Below are positions 25,996 to 39,264 of a stretch of 64,000 nucleotides of DNA, piece after piece. The notes under the pieces are model-generated. The model was not told where the DNA came from and ran no database searches. It saw only the letters and a list, made by a program, of their open reading frames with translations. Position numbers and translations under genes: made by a program. Source of the stretch: Vicugna vicugna (Eukaryota); the NCBI GenBank assembly GCA_013265495.1, contig MU058844.1, forward strand, positions 7,129,260-7,193,259, written 5' to 3'. How positions within the stretch are numbered: the stretch's first letter is position 1; each line of letters begins with the position of its first letter.

Positions 25996-26457
25996 GGAAT
26001 ACTACTCAGCCATAAAAAAGAATGGAACAATTTGCACTTGCACAACATGGATGGACCTAGACATTATCATGCCAAGTGAAGTAAGTCAGACAGAGAAGAC
26101 AAATATCATATGATGTAAGTTTTATGTAGAATCTAGAAATGATACAAATTAACTTATTTACAAAATAGAAACAGACTCACAGACATAGAAAACAAACTTA
26201 TGGTTGCCAAAGAGGAAAGGGTGAGGGGAGGTATATATTAGGAGTTTGGAACTAGCAGATACAAACTACTATATATAAAATAGATAAACAACAAGATCCC
26301 CCTGTAAAGCACAGGGAACTATATTCAATAACTGTAATAACCTATAATGAAAAAGAATATGAAGAAGGCTATATATATAAATATATGAATAACTGAGTCA
26401 CTATGCTATACAGAAACTAATACAACATTATAATTGAACTATACTTCAATAAAAAAA
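25841..26457 (+). mobile_element. 5'-truncated LINE-1 (ORF2 C-terminus plus 3'UTR), cetartiodactyl type
   Basis: catgcaccccaatttcacagcagcactatttacaatagccaagacatggaagcaacc...gaagtaagtcagacagagaag...gcacagggaactatattcaata...atacttcaataaaaaaa. Candidate TSD tgaagagacagttg (25827-25840) / tgatgagaaagttg (26460-26473), 12/14 identical. Confidence 0.92.
25955..25993. repeat. Perfect (AC)19 microsatellite inside L1
   Basis: Read directly from the sequence. Confidence 0.97.
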
Positions 26458-27200
26458 GGTGATGAGAAAGTTGGAGGTCAGAAATGTGAACACCTCAAAA
26501 CACACAATGCTAATGACCCTAGTTTTCCTCTCAGTTCAAACTGAGATCAAGTCAAAAACAGGTAAAGAAAATGACTTCCAAAAAGAAATATGAATTAAAA
26601 AAATGTAAATTTATGTTCAGAAATTGAGTTATTCATAAAGTGCCTACTTTAATATGAATTTAATGAAGCAAAATTTAAAGAAATACTTCATCTCCTCTAC
26701 TTTTATTTAGAAGAAGCAAGTTTTGCATTTGCATATTTGGGTCATTGCAAAGGCTCTTTTCTATAAAATATTGGTAATTAGTGCAATGAAACTGGAAAGA
26801 TCTTGCTTTCAGTGCTCCGGTTCACTTGTGACCTGTTCATGCCAAAAACTTTAATGGAAATATTTCCAATAAATCCTGGCAGTATTTTGATATTTTAATG
26901 TTTTGTCATATTATCTTTCTGTTTTATATCTATTTGGACAGAAATCATATGATAATTTGGAAATAAAACAATTCTTGCAAAAAAATGGAAGATTAAAATA
27001 ACGCTGTTTTTAAGTGGAATCTCTACTTTCATGATTGACTGTTTTCACAGATTATAAGCATATTCCAGTTTTACTTCTCAGGTGACACAGGTTGTATGAA
27101 TAATTGTGAAAACAGAATGGACTCCAAAAAAGAAATCTAAACTTAAAAATATATGAATTTCAAGCAGAGACTCTTGTTTTCTTTGTAGAATTGCACAGCT

Positions 27201-27322
27201 CCCCACCTCCACCAGGGAGGTAATTAGGTTTATTTATTTATTTATTTATTTTTAAAAGGCGTTACTGGGGATTGAACCCATGCTAAGCACACACTCTACC
27301 ACTTGAGCTATCTCCTACCCCC
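27201..27322 (-). mobile_element. Camelid tRNA-Ala-derived SINE (Vic-1-like), internally deleted
   Basis: Minus strand reads GGGGGTAGGAGA-TAGCTCAAGTGG (A box)-TAGAGTGTGTGCTTAGCATG-GGTTCAATCC (B box)-CCAGTAACGCC...(TAAA)n-CCTAATTACCTCCC. 15-bp TSD tagaattgcacagct (27186-27200) / tagaattgcataact (27323-27337). Confidence 0.9.
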
Positions 27323-29824
27323 TAGAATTGCATAACTTTAATATACCTGAATAAAGCAGCATTAAAATAAATAACTTATTTTAACTCCTAAAGTTTTTAA
27401 ATAAGCAAAGAGTACCCTGATGATTTTTGTATAGTAGATAAACTTAGATTATATATACCAGGCAGACTGACTAGAGACAAGAGGAGAGAACATGGGTGGA
27501 CTTTGGAGGATGGGGTGGCAGGGGGAAGAGGAGAGGAGAGCTGGGGAGAAGAAAGCACTCATATTTAGGTAGCATGTGAAAGGAGTATGAAGACCATCAT
27601 GGAAGGTTAACTTTCCTGAATATTTGTAGCCAGTTCCTTTGCTTCTTTCCATTCCATTCTGTCTTATTATAATTAAGGATTTAGAGCATTAAAGCATCTA
27701 TTTGATACCCCATCTTCCTTTGTAAATTTTATGCTAGAGATTGTATACCTTTAAGATTGTGTTACCAAAATAACACTATGCAAAGTTCAACTATTTTCAT
27801 TTATATACTTGGGGAAAAAGAGTGGACCATCAAAATGTCATATTAATGTGCTAACTATGATCAGGAATTTGGTAGAAGTGTACCAAAAACACTGGCACTA
27901 TTTCAGGGAGCTGTAAACAGAGAAGCAAAAGTGTCCTCCTATTTCTAGAAAATCCTGCCATCTGGCATGAATACATAGGCTTGTCCACTATATTTTATAA
28001 AGTTACTTAAATTTGTGAAAGTGTGTTCATCTCAAATTTGGAGTAAATAGTAGGGGCCTCATGACTCTTTATGAAAAGTTAGGTGAAAAAATAGAATTTA
28101 TACAAAGGCTCATGCACCTAGACACACTTTCTCTAGATGTGTATTAATTTGGAGACAAATAGCTCTAGTTAAATACTAATGAGAAGAAAACCCAGGAGCC
28201 TGAGGCAGAGCAGAAAAACATCACCTCTTGCCCTGATTTTGTGTTATTTAGGAAATATAAAGAAATGGATTCTGCCCTCAATTTGAGCTTGTAAATTCAA
28301 TTTTTATAGATAATTCTTCAAATTTAAAGTAATTTTTAAAGAACTGTGAATCACAATAAAGGGAGGTAGGTGTTCTTTATTGAAAATGTTAAATAAGCTT
28401 ACGATTTCAATCAACTTCAATTTGGGATTGCGTCCCTTTCAGCTCACTTTGGTTATGGTTATGGAACTACTGGGAAACACTGGATATTCACCAACACATG
28501 AAAATAATTATTCATCCTCTTGTAACACCGAAGAACAGATGTCAACACTCAATCATGTAGGAAAAGATAGCTTTTACTAGAAAGGAAATGAAAAACACAG
28601 CCAGTACCAACAGGTTTTTTGTAACTAAGTTATTTACATTTTGATCCAGTGGAAGAAAGGATGCGTTCCAATTAAAACAAAAATTTAAAGAAAGCTGGAA
28701 AAGATGATACAGTCGTAAGAGGACACCAGCCATTATGAAGGGACAGTTATTAAATCTTCCATAGACTATAATTGTCTTTTAAGTATTTTAAATTAACCTA
28801 TTATAGAAAGGATTTTAAATTGTGAAAACAACTTTATCTGCATAGACTTATCTTTGTTTAAGGAAAGAACCACTTTGCTACAGGAGACAGAATATTCTTC
28901 CTTTATATTTTGAGGTTAGTATTACTTTCCCATGAATTTCTGGAAATTTCCCAGGAGTCTGGGGAATCCTTTTGGAAGCAAGTGCAAGTCAAGAAAGGGG
29001 TTGATTCAGAAAACAAACATCAAACTATCAACAATCTTCTGCATCCTTTCTGGGACTTCCAGCAATGGTTTTGAGTAGGAATGGTCAGGAGGTAGAGGGC
29101 TTCTGAGAGCAATCTCAGGCTTAGCAGAAAAAAAAGGTAGTTTTAAAAAGCCTTTAAGAAGTGATATTTTGGCATGATGATTTCAGGTAGTGACATATTT
29201 ATCAATTTATAAGATACCAGTTTAAAGTCAGAAAATATTTTTCAGAACAAGATTTAATTGTACCCTGTGTTTGGATAAACGCAAATCACTTTGTTTGCAA
29301 ACACACACCCAGTGAGAGGGGTGAAGGGGTAGCATCTTCTATGACTCTTCAGTCTGTTTTGTACATGTGGCTGTTCCATGTATTTCAAAGCTTTTTCATG
29401 GTTGGCCTTTATTTTCCCCTAAGGCTGTTTTTCTGTTCCATTGTTTTAAGTGAGTTTGAGTGTAAGATTACAAAGAACCCCACAAAACAGCCCTACAAAG
29501 CTGACTCTCCACCACCTTCCCATAAATGTGTCCCTTGCATCCCTTCCCCACCAGCCACCACCCACTATCTCTGACCTTTCTTCTTTACTGGAGAGGAAAT
29601 AAGTTTTCCTTCTAGTATATTGATATACAAACTGATGTTATTAATTTTAATAGCTGTCTATTATCTATATAATGTGATATACAACTTTTTAAATTATGCT
29701 CTAATGCATCATGTTTCAGTTCACTAAATGACCACCAGTTTCTACTTAAAATATTTAGATTCCTGGAGGTACTTTTCTAAAACTGAAATTAGTCATAGAC
29801 AGAACAAACATTTTAGTAATAAAA

Positions 29825-30095
29825 TAGTTAATAATATTATTTCTTGACGATTTACTATGTATGAAGCAGAAACTAAGGCTTTTATATATTCCAGCTCATT
29901 AAATGATCACCTTTAATTATCAATCTAATTTAAAGTAGGTTTTATGAATCCCTCTTTAAAGTTGAATAAAATGAACAAGAATTTTAAGTAACTTGTATAA
30001 ATCAAGAGCTACTGAATTATAGAATTTGGATATAAATTTAAATTCATACTATTATGAGTTAGCTGGAACTCATAAGCCTTCCATAATACTTACTA
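29825..30095 (-). mobile_element. Highly diverged MIR
   Basis: ttcttgacgatttactatgt...actaaggcttttatatatt...ctcattaaat...tccctctttaaagttgaataaaatgaa...ttaagtaacttg. Confidence 0.5.
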
Positions 30096-31169
30096 TAAAT
30101 TTGCAGTATATAGGTATATATCTGATGTGACCAAAGTTCACATGTAGTCTGAACATGGTTGGGGAGCAGTATTTGGGAAAGCGGGAAAGCTAGAGAACCA
30201 TGTGAGAAATTCTGCCTCTTTGAGATAGCACACTCTTCTAGACCCCAGACTCTTCTTTATACAGGTCCTTCCTCTGATTATGATTTTCTAACACTTCTTG
30301 AAAGCTACAGGAAATATTTAATGTCTAAACTAAAACCTCAATAATCTAAGCAATCATTTTTATTAAACAGAGTCTAAGTACCGGTATATTACAATTTGCA
30401 GCAGTTTGCTTAAATACAGTTCCCCTCTGCCATTCATTTTTAAAATTCTGGTCAAAACTTTATGTAAGATTTAAAACTCCATTACTTAAGAAATAGGAAG
30501 ATAATGATTTTCAAATGGCTTAATGATTTTGAATATTAAATGTTATAGATCTTAGAATGTTTTGCAGTACAGTATTAATTTACCTGAAAGGTTGTACTGC
30601 AAGGAATAAAAACATGTGTTTCTAGCTAAACTTATTACTTTAAAAGCTTGATGAATGACAACAATGAAACAAAAAATCCCCTTAAAACCATAACTAATTG
30701 GTTGAATATAAAGTCTCTCGGGTCAGAAACAACAGCTGTGCGTATACATTAAGGCAAAATATGAGGCAACAGGAACAGATAACAGCAAATAAGTCTGTCA
30801 TTTTATGTTGAATAATACACAAGAACTCTTAAATGTTTCCTTTCTCTCCTGCATTCTGTTCATGGGCCCACATGTTCTTTGTCAGTGAGTAACGACTTGC
30901 TGTTCCTTAGGTTTTGCTTTTCTATTTTGTTTGGGTTTTTTTCCTATTTCTATTGCATTTCCACATCACAGTCCTTCTCAGTGTCTGCTCACATCCTTGG
31001 CTCAGTTCAGCCTGCCATATGGACGCAAATCTGGGGAGCAGGTATGATTTTCTCCCTACATGCCCTTGTACTCTTCAGAGTCTCCTTTAAGCCACTTATA
31101 GCTTTGACATCTTTTTCACAATTTCTTTCTCTATCGGCAAGATTTTAAAAATATCGCATCATATTTTTG

Positions 31170-31765
31170 CCCAACTTTTACTGCCCCCTGCAGTCTCTTC
31201 CCCTGAATGTTAGCAGACTGACATTTTGAAATTAAATGAAAATCTGCTGTTGTAAGATCCAAATTAAAATGACTTCCCCTGTCTCTGGAATAATTCAGCA
31301 AAGGCTTTAGAATGACTCACGGAGCCATTCAAAGCCTGGTCCCTACATAATTCTATGGCTTCAGTGCTCACCTTTCTTGCTTTGGCACTCCATTCTTGGG
31401 TTGCTGGATTCTACTCTCTTTCTCATCTCTTAGACTTAGTATAGGCTGTAACCTCTCCCTTGATCATCTGCTGCCCTGTTTCCCTGAATAAATCTTAGTC
31501 ATTTTCTTCAGGTGTCACCTTAAAAGTCATGCTCATTATGTACTTCTGGAATCTTTATCCACTCACCATGCTTCGTGTTTTGTTTAGCTGAAGGTACAGT
31601 ACTGCAGCTACCACAGCATCACTTTTATTTTGTACTTACGTTTTAATTGCTTGCTTTCTTCTTTATATTGTAAGGGCTCAGAGGAAAAGACTACATCTAT
31701 CCTGCTCTCCATTTCAAATTTCACTCTTCACACAGCCTAAAAATTACTTGTTAAATATATATTGT
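31170..31765 (+). mobile_element. L2 3' region
   Basis: Pyrimidine-rich L2 body ending attgtaagggctcagaggaaaagactacatctatcctgctctccatt...cacacagcct. Confidence 0.6.
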
Positions 31766-32052
31766 TCATTTGTAAATTCTTTATCTGGTTGCCTCTTACC
31801 TCTTACTTACACATATTAAAGTACTAATAGAATTGGATTGTGAACATTTAAGTCAAAGGTGTAGGGGTTTGGGAATTTTCGGAAGGAATGATACAATGTC
31901 ATTTTAACACATAACGCTTTAGGTAACTCTTAACTCTTAAAATTATAGGAATTTTTTTCTAATGAATTTCAGGTCTGTGAATGAGAATCACTTGTTAGTT
32001 GGCATTGTATTAGCAGTATTTGAACTATGAAGACAGAAGATATACTATAAAC

Positions 32053-32070
32053 GTGTGTGTGTGTGTGTGT
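32053..32070. repeat. (GT)9 microsatellite
   Basis: Read directly from the sequence. Confidence 0.9.
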
Positions 32071-34497
32071 ATACTTTGGCAGACACTACATTTACTATTT
32101 ACACAATGCCTCAAAAGCATTTAGTAAAGGAGAGAACAATCTAGAAATATGTTGGTTAAAATCTTATAAGGAAATAGCTACTGTTCTAACAAATATACAG
32201 AACTTGTAGATTCCCTTTCCTGTGATAAATATCTCAAACATTAAAGTAAGAAATAAAGCTGATGAGAAAACATACTTTGGATAAGTAATGCAAACTGAGA
32301 AAATAAATGTGCTTCCTAATTAAAATATATATTTCTTTTGGCCAGATTAAATTTCCCTGAAATACTATTATGGCATACTGCATATTGAATAACAAATATA
32401 TAGCAAATAAATATTGACTTGGATAGGAAAACCGCTATCACACCTAATTCTTGACTATTACATGGATTTCTAAACTCAGTTGAGAATGAATTATGAGTTA
32501 ATTTGGCCACAAATAACCAACATTTCTTCTAATATCCTGTATTGAATAGCATGAGGAAAAAGATTTCTTTCAGAGATATGTAGGAATCTAAGTATTTGAA
32601 AATTCACAAAGCCCTTCTGCATGGTAATAGCTTACCAAGTGTTTTTGAAATGTTTTCCCACATTAAATTAATTGTGTGTATGTATGTATGTGTGTATAAC
32701 AATTGGTTCAATGTCTGAAAAATATGTGTGTGTATGCATACTGGCTTGAAGGAAGAAAGAAGCAGAATTATATAGAAGTTAACAGTTCATATTACCTCTG
32801 CCTTAGGTGTTAAGTAAAAACACATCTTTAGAAACTTATTTTCAGAATTTGGGTAAAATACTGAATTTCTTTATATCTCTATTCTAGGGTCACTTTAAGT
32901 ATTAAATAAAGCAAGAGATTAAAAAGTAATTAGTCCCGTACTTGGCTCAGTAGTTATCTTAGTAGTGGTAGTTGTATTGGTGTGTTCATTTTTTAAAAAT
33001 CTAAATTTTATTTTTATTATGCTTTACATTTTGAATTTATCTTGCTAATAGTACTTAGTGCTCTGAAAATAAAAACACGTTTTCCACTACACATTTTTGT
33101 TGTTCAGGTACAGCAAACGGATAAGACATAGTTTCACAACCTACACTTTTCAAATAAATTAACTGGGAATTAAAGGTAAATATATTTTTTAAAAATGTAT
33201 TTAAATCATAGTTCCAAAACAAAACAAAAATGCATGAACAATCTTAAGGAAGTATCTTTTTTACTAATATTTTTATTTTATAATTTTTAAAGAGGCATTG
33301 CCCTTAAACTTCAGAGTAGTTTAATCTAGAGGGTACATTTCAAAATGTCTGATATTTCCTCAATACCTAATTTATTCTACAGAAGACATTTGTCATATGA
33401 AATTACAAGTAAATGTAACAGGTATAAAAATCTTGTCTGTGTAAATGGAATCATTAAATGGCGTCTGCTTTGTCACATTTCGTTGTAACTGGTTAGAGAT
33501 GTGACATCAGGTAATATATTTCAGAGTGATGAGACAAGGAAATTAGATATTGAATGCTTTGTAGTTCTCAGTATAAAAAACTTTTAAATCTCATTTAAAA
33601 AATGACACATACTAGAAGAGTGAGCAACCAACCAAAGCTGCTTCTAAATTTTTGAATTAACAAGAAAAATTGACTTTTTTTAAAAAAGAAAAAAGTATTT
33701 CGTTCATTAGGATATGAATCATTACATAAAACCTTTGTTAGAATCACTGCCAAGCATAATAATCTCTGTACTTATTCAAGGTTCTATAATGCATTACTGC
33801 ATTTAAAATTTTAATTAAAATAAGAAATTATATTGAAGTATTTATAATAAATTCTTGCAAAGTGCTCAATATCAAACCCAGTGAATGGCTGTGTGTGCAA
33901 TGTGACATTTTAATTTTTTTGAGATAAGCATACATTTTTATTTCACTCATTTTCAGAACTGAATTGTATAGAATCCAAGGTAAGAAATAAGGGTACAGTT
34001 CCTAGGATAAAAAATGCTGAATTATTAATGAATTGGTAAGGTTTTGGCAGCTTACATCTCCGAAACTGCAGGATATTCAGAGGTAGTGATGATGATAGAA
34101 TACTTTGAAAAGAGAGCTATGGTTATAATTGAAGTATAACAACTTAGATGGGCAAGTTCAAACAGTCAGCTCAGTGTCCTAAGGAGAATAATGAGAACAA
34201 ACAAACCAAAGCATTGAAATAAAAAATTTTAAAGAACAGAAGAACATCATTTGAAAACTAAAATAAGCATAAACTAAAAATATAAAAATGGACAGGAAAT
34301 AAAATCCATATGTGAAATAGTAAGATAGTAATTATCTTTGATTGTGTTTTAACTTTGAAGTTTAAAGGCATGTATAATTTTAAGTAATTGCTCTGTGTTT
34401 GGAAATTTTAAATGTATACTTTATGAAATAATTTCTGAATGAAATAAATTGAAATGTCAGACTATACTAGTATTATAAAATTTTAAACATGCAGATA

Positions 34498-35160
34498 TCC
34501 ATTCACTATCTATTTATTGAATACCTTCCTGTGCAAGACACTGTATTAGATAAAATGGGAACTTAAAAATGTGTATTAAAAGTTTACTCCCACCTTAGTG
34601 GAGTTGGCAGTCTTGTATAGAAACAGATAAATGAGCAACTGATGTAAGACATTCACTCTGTACTTACGGGAGAGTTCTTCCTGTATTACTCACAGAGGAG
34701 AAACATTAATTCTACTCAAATGAAGCAATAATATCCTTTCTAAAGGGGTGAGATTTGAACTGAGACTCATTATCAAATACATGATGTTAGCTGGTAGGAT
34801 TTTAAAGACAGTCTGAGTTTGGGAAATAAAATATCAAAATCAATTATGATATAAACAAATTATAATAAAATATAAAAATTGACAAATGTACAGAATATGT
34901 TCAAGAGACAGATAAGTCTGTCTATCAAAGTGAGTGAATGCAATAGCTTGGCTTCAGGAAAGAGGAATCTTTGGAGAGAGGAAAATGGGGGAGTTATACG
35001 TGGCTCTGCACAGGACAAGCAAGCATTGGTCTGATAATGGAAAGCCATGAATGGAGTCTCATTCTTTGAGAAGTGTACAGTCAATGTAGATTGTTGACAA
35101 TGGAAGTAACATGATCAGAGGGGCCATCTTTGAAAGAATTCAGTCAATGTAGTTACTATT
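34498..35160 (-). mobile_element. L2 fragment
   Basis: cattcactatctatttattgaataccttcctgtgcaagacactgt...ggggtgagatttgaactgagac...ggaagtaacatgatcaga is antisense L2. Confidence 0.65.
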
Positions 35161-35239
35161 CTAAAGGAAAAGGCAATAACACTCTGAACTATTATATGTT
35201 AGAAAGGAGGGATGAATGATGATATATCTGAATTAGAAG

Positions 35240-35760
35240 TAATATTTATTCATTGTTTTAAAATATTTAATGACAACTACACTGTTCTAAGACCTAGTAA
35301 TAGTAAGATTTTCAAAACAGAGAATTTTCCCACTCCCTAATCTTGGGGAGCTTATGTGCTAAATCAGACTGGTCCGGGAGGGCTTCTCCAAGAAGGTGAT
35401 GTAGAAGATGAAATGTGATGGTAAAGAAACAGCCAGTCATGCAACAATTAAAGGAAACAGAATTTCAATTAAGAGTGTAGAATTTGTGCCAAAGCCCACT
35501 GAGGACGAAATGCAGAAGCTTGGTATTTTCAAAGGACGGGAAGAAGGTCTCTATGCTTGTCTCTTCTTGGAGCTTGAGTGACAAGGGATGGAATGGTAAG
35601 AGGAAGAGGAAGTAGGCAGAGCTTTATAAGCCACCATAAAGAATTTTGATCCTTTTTTTCCAATTGAGTTTGAAAGACATTCAGTGCAAAAAAAAGTAAC
35701 AGATTTTAGTTAGTGTATTTAAAATCTTACTCAAGCTGTCTTATCATGGATCATATAAGG
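35240..35760 (-). mobile_element. L2 (L2a-like) fragment
   Basis: aatatttaatgacaactac...ggtccgggagggcttctccaagaaggtgat...agccagtcatgcaa...ttataagccaccataaagaattttgat. Confidence 0.7.
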
Positions 35761-37454
35761 TCAAATGAATAGCAGATGATGTCCTCAGTGCTTTGATTCT
35801 GTCTGACTTGAATGGTGATTCCATTATGAAACAAAAGAAAAAAAAAGGAAAAAGAAGAGACTTAGGATTTAAAATAATGTTTGTTTTTTTTTCTTATTTT
35901 TGAGTGGAAAGAGTGTAAAAGTGTAACATCACAGATACCTAGAAGAAAAATGTACAGAGGACAAGGGCTGTACTGACAAATGCTGTAGAGAAATCAAGAG
36001 TAATGAAGACAGAGAAGATGTAAATTTATTTATCAATTACAAAATCATTGTACATCATCCAGATAGCAGTTTGCTAGTGTTCTAAGAAACCAAATTATTA
36101 AGGTTGAAATGGGAGGTGAGAAGTGGAGCTATTAATGAATTCTATTATTTTTTTAAAATTAGCTGTGAAATAAAAAGATTCAGTTCTGTCAGTTTTTTTA
36201 TAGTGCTAAAAAAGAGCTTTTGCCTCAAAAATATGAAGCAAACATCTAAAAGCTTACCCCTAATATTTAGGTTTTTATTTTTTTTCACCAACTTTCTACA
36301 TTTTCATTTTGGAAGTAATCTGTCACCTGTTCCATGTTTACATGTATTTAAATTTAGAAATAAATTGGTTGTACATATTGGTCTGAAATTTTGCCTGATT
36401 GCTTAATATAATAAAATGAGTGAAAAATATTTGAAATATGGAAAGTAATTTAATATATATGAATTTGATTTCTACTTTTTTTTTAGTTTTTTTTTTCTTA
36501 TGCAGAAGTTCACTTAAGGACACTATTATGATTTATAAAGGTATTAGGTAAATGAAAATGACCTAAATTGAAGCTTTAAATAATGTTTCCAAGTTTTTGC
36601 TTCCTCCCATATAAAACAAAGACAGTCAAACCCAGTTTGAAGGCAAATCCCTGCTTGAAAACACTATGACTAAACATTTCTAAGAAACTTTTTGGAGCTC
36701 AAATGACAGGAATAATAGAACTGCCTGTGAATCCAAAGCACCTTTTGGTGTATTGGCTCACTTGATCCCTGTGACAACTTTGTAAGTATACAAAGTTGAG
36801 GAAATTGAATCTTAATGAGGGAATGTTGAATCTTATAGTTTAGCAGTAATAGAATTAACACTTTGGCCCTAGTTTTAGGATGCTTAACTTGGAGCTTTGG
36901 CCAATAAGCAATGTTCAAAATATTCTAAGAAAGCCCATGATGGAACCAAACAATCTTACTGTTCATTATTTTTTCTTGTCATGGTTTCTAGAAAATTCAG
37001 AGATCATTTTTACAATTATACAGGGTAATATTAACCTAGTTCTGATTTTTTTTACTATATTACTGTTACTTTGTACTGTTTTACCATTATGTACATAACC
37101 ATTTTTGGCTGTCATTATTTGATAAGGAACTTTATGTTGTATTTGAAACTAGACACAGTGATTACAAAGGATGAATAAATGGCTTAATGAAAGTACCAAA
37201 TTATTCCTTGACTTTTTTGTATGTATGTAAAGTGATCTTTATTCGGCCAAAATTTCCATTTTAGTAGCATATTCAAATACTATTTTTAGTGAGTATTCAC
37301 CAAGTTCCTATTAAACATTAATGAGTATAGAATATTTAAAAGAACAGTATGATACACAATATGAGCAGAGGATTCTTTGCAAGGGAGAACCATCTGGTTA
37401 TTCATCAAGAGATTCCACAAGATGGTCTTTAAGTCTGGTGAGTAAACATCTACA

Positions 37455-37508
37455 TTTTAGAATAAAAATCATGAATTTTAAAGTTTTAGAATAAAAATCA
37501 TGAATTTT
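37455..37508. repeat. Perfect 25-bp direct repeat with 4-bp spacer
   Basis: ttttagaataaaaatcatgaatttt at 37455-37479 and 37484-37508, with spacer aaag. Confidence 0.95.
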
Positions 37509-39264
37509 CTGTCCAATGACAGTAGCTCCTTCTATTAAGGGTGAACATATGTAAATAGCTAAGTTCAAAGATACTTTTATATAAACCAAAATTGCAAAAT
37601 ATTAATTTGAAGTGAAAATATGTCTGGTGAAAGAAACACACTTGTATTATCTGCTAAATACTTCTTTCTTATTACGAAACAACATGAGAAAGCCAAATTA
37701 TAATAAAAAATTTGTTTGGCGATAAGACCCTCAAAGAGTAAAAATAAAATGAATAGTTATGATTGCCTGCATCACATTGGCAAAATGAAGAACTAAAAAG
37801 GTTTATTTACTCATTTATTTTTTTTACAATAGTTTTACTAGTATAAAGTCCTTGTCATTTATTTTTATAAGGCTGCTTTGTAAACTATTTGGACAAGCCA
37901 GTCAAATTCTTTTAGCTTAAGAAGTCTTTCCCCTGGACTTACCCAGTCCGTTGCCTCAGTGAATGGCCTTCTCAGATGTTCCAGCAGAAACAATACCCTT
38001 GAGGATTGACATATTTTTAATTAATGTTACTATTTTATTCACTCTTGTTCTTATATGTGTCATTCCCCTATGTGTCATTCTAATTGTTTAAAGTGATTTT
38101 ACATATTTCTGGTATAATCAGTTATGGAATACCTATAATTTTGGTCAAAGGGCAACTTTATTTTCTCTTATTGAAGTTCTTAGAGACCAACTATGTTTTC
38201 ACTAATGAAAATAAATGTATATTTAAATGTAATATTAGAATTTGCATATATTTTTAAAGTCCTATATCTTTTTTTACAAAAACAATAATGACATTTATTC
38301 TTAGGAAAAACAAAAAAGAAGAAAAACCCCACATCCCACATTGAAAATGATTCCACAGTTATTTAGAAATCATTTACCCATTTTTATTAATGATTCAATA
38401 TACTTTTGTTATATAATCTTCCTTTATACTTTTTCTTCTTTAAATTTGGCATTAGTTATTAGCATTCTTTTAAGTAAGTTTTAATTTTTAAAGTGAAAAA
38501 ATTTACTGCTAATCTGACTAGGCAAATGATAATGCACCTGCTTTATAAAATATTCAGTGTAAAAGAATATTGTTTAAATTGTATTGATGTGTCTATGTCA
38601 CCAATCAAATGCTATAAATTTAGATTTAGATTAAAAAAGGCATAAATGGATTTACATAACTGATTACTATTCAACATTTCAGGAGGCCTTCTCAGTCTTT
38701 CCACACCTCTTATCTCACTAAATATCTGGACATATGGCTTTGTAGGATTCTCCAGAGACTGAAGAAGGGAGTGATTTTTTTTTTTTAAAAAATTGATTCT
38801 AATGTGTGTGGTGAGCTTTCACGTTTGTGTGTATCTGTAGTGCTCGAATATGTTTCACAGTATGAGGCTGGGGATTTTTGCCAGAGAGAGCATGTGGCCA
38901 TCCATCACAGAGGGCAGTCATTTACAGAATTCTCCTTCCCCTTTCCAGAATTAAGTTGCCAAATGTAGAAAAATTACTGAAAAAGATAATGAGGTCATTT
39001 ATATAATCACTGTATGACTACAACTATGTGCAAAGGATATATAGACAAATGTACATACTCACCCACAAATATATGAAGAATTTATTCTTTCAAGAAATAG
39101 TTTGTATTTAAATGTATATAATTTTATCTTATGTATTTTTTGTAATCAAGATACTTTTAATTTAGGGGGAGGAAATGACACTATTTTCCATATACATGTG
39201 AAATATACTTTTTTTGTAAATAGATTAAAAAGACTATCATTTTTACTTTTTAATTTTTGATTGT

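Noticed and set aside
27260..27322. tRNA-Ala gene
   Set aside because: It lacks the 3' anticodon stem and variable loop, and it has a (TAAA)n tail and TSDs, so it is a SINE.
28370..28580. Coding exon on the minus strand ending at GAAATC|GTAAGC
   Set aside because: All three frames hit a stop shortly upstream of the donor. The plus-strand 66-aa ORF resembles nothing I recognise.
30690..30745. CCAAT plus TATAAA plus E-box as a promoter
   Set aside because: The spacing is non-canonical, TATA-like words are abundant at this AT content, and no downstream gene structure is visible.
33471..33506. Hairpin tgtcacatttc...gagatgtgaca as a pre-miRNA
   Set aside because: The stem is only about 11 bp and I could not extend it, which is too short for a miRNA precursor.
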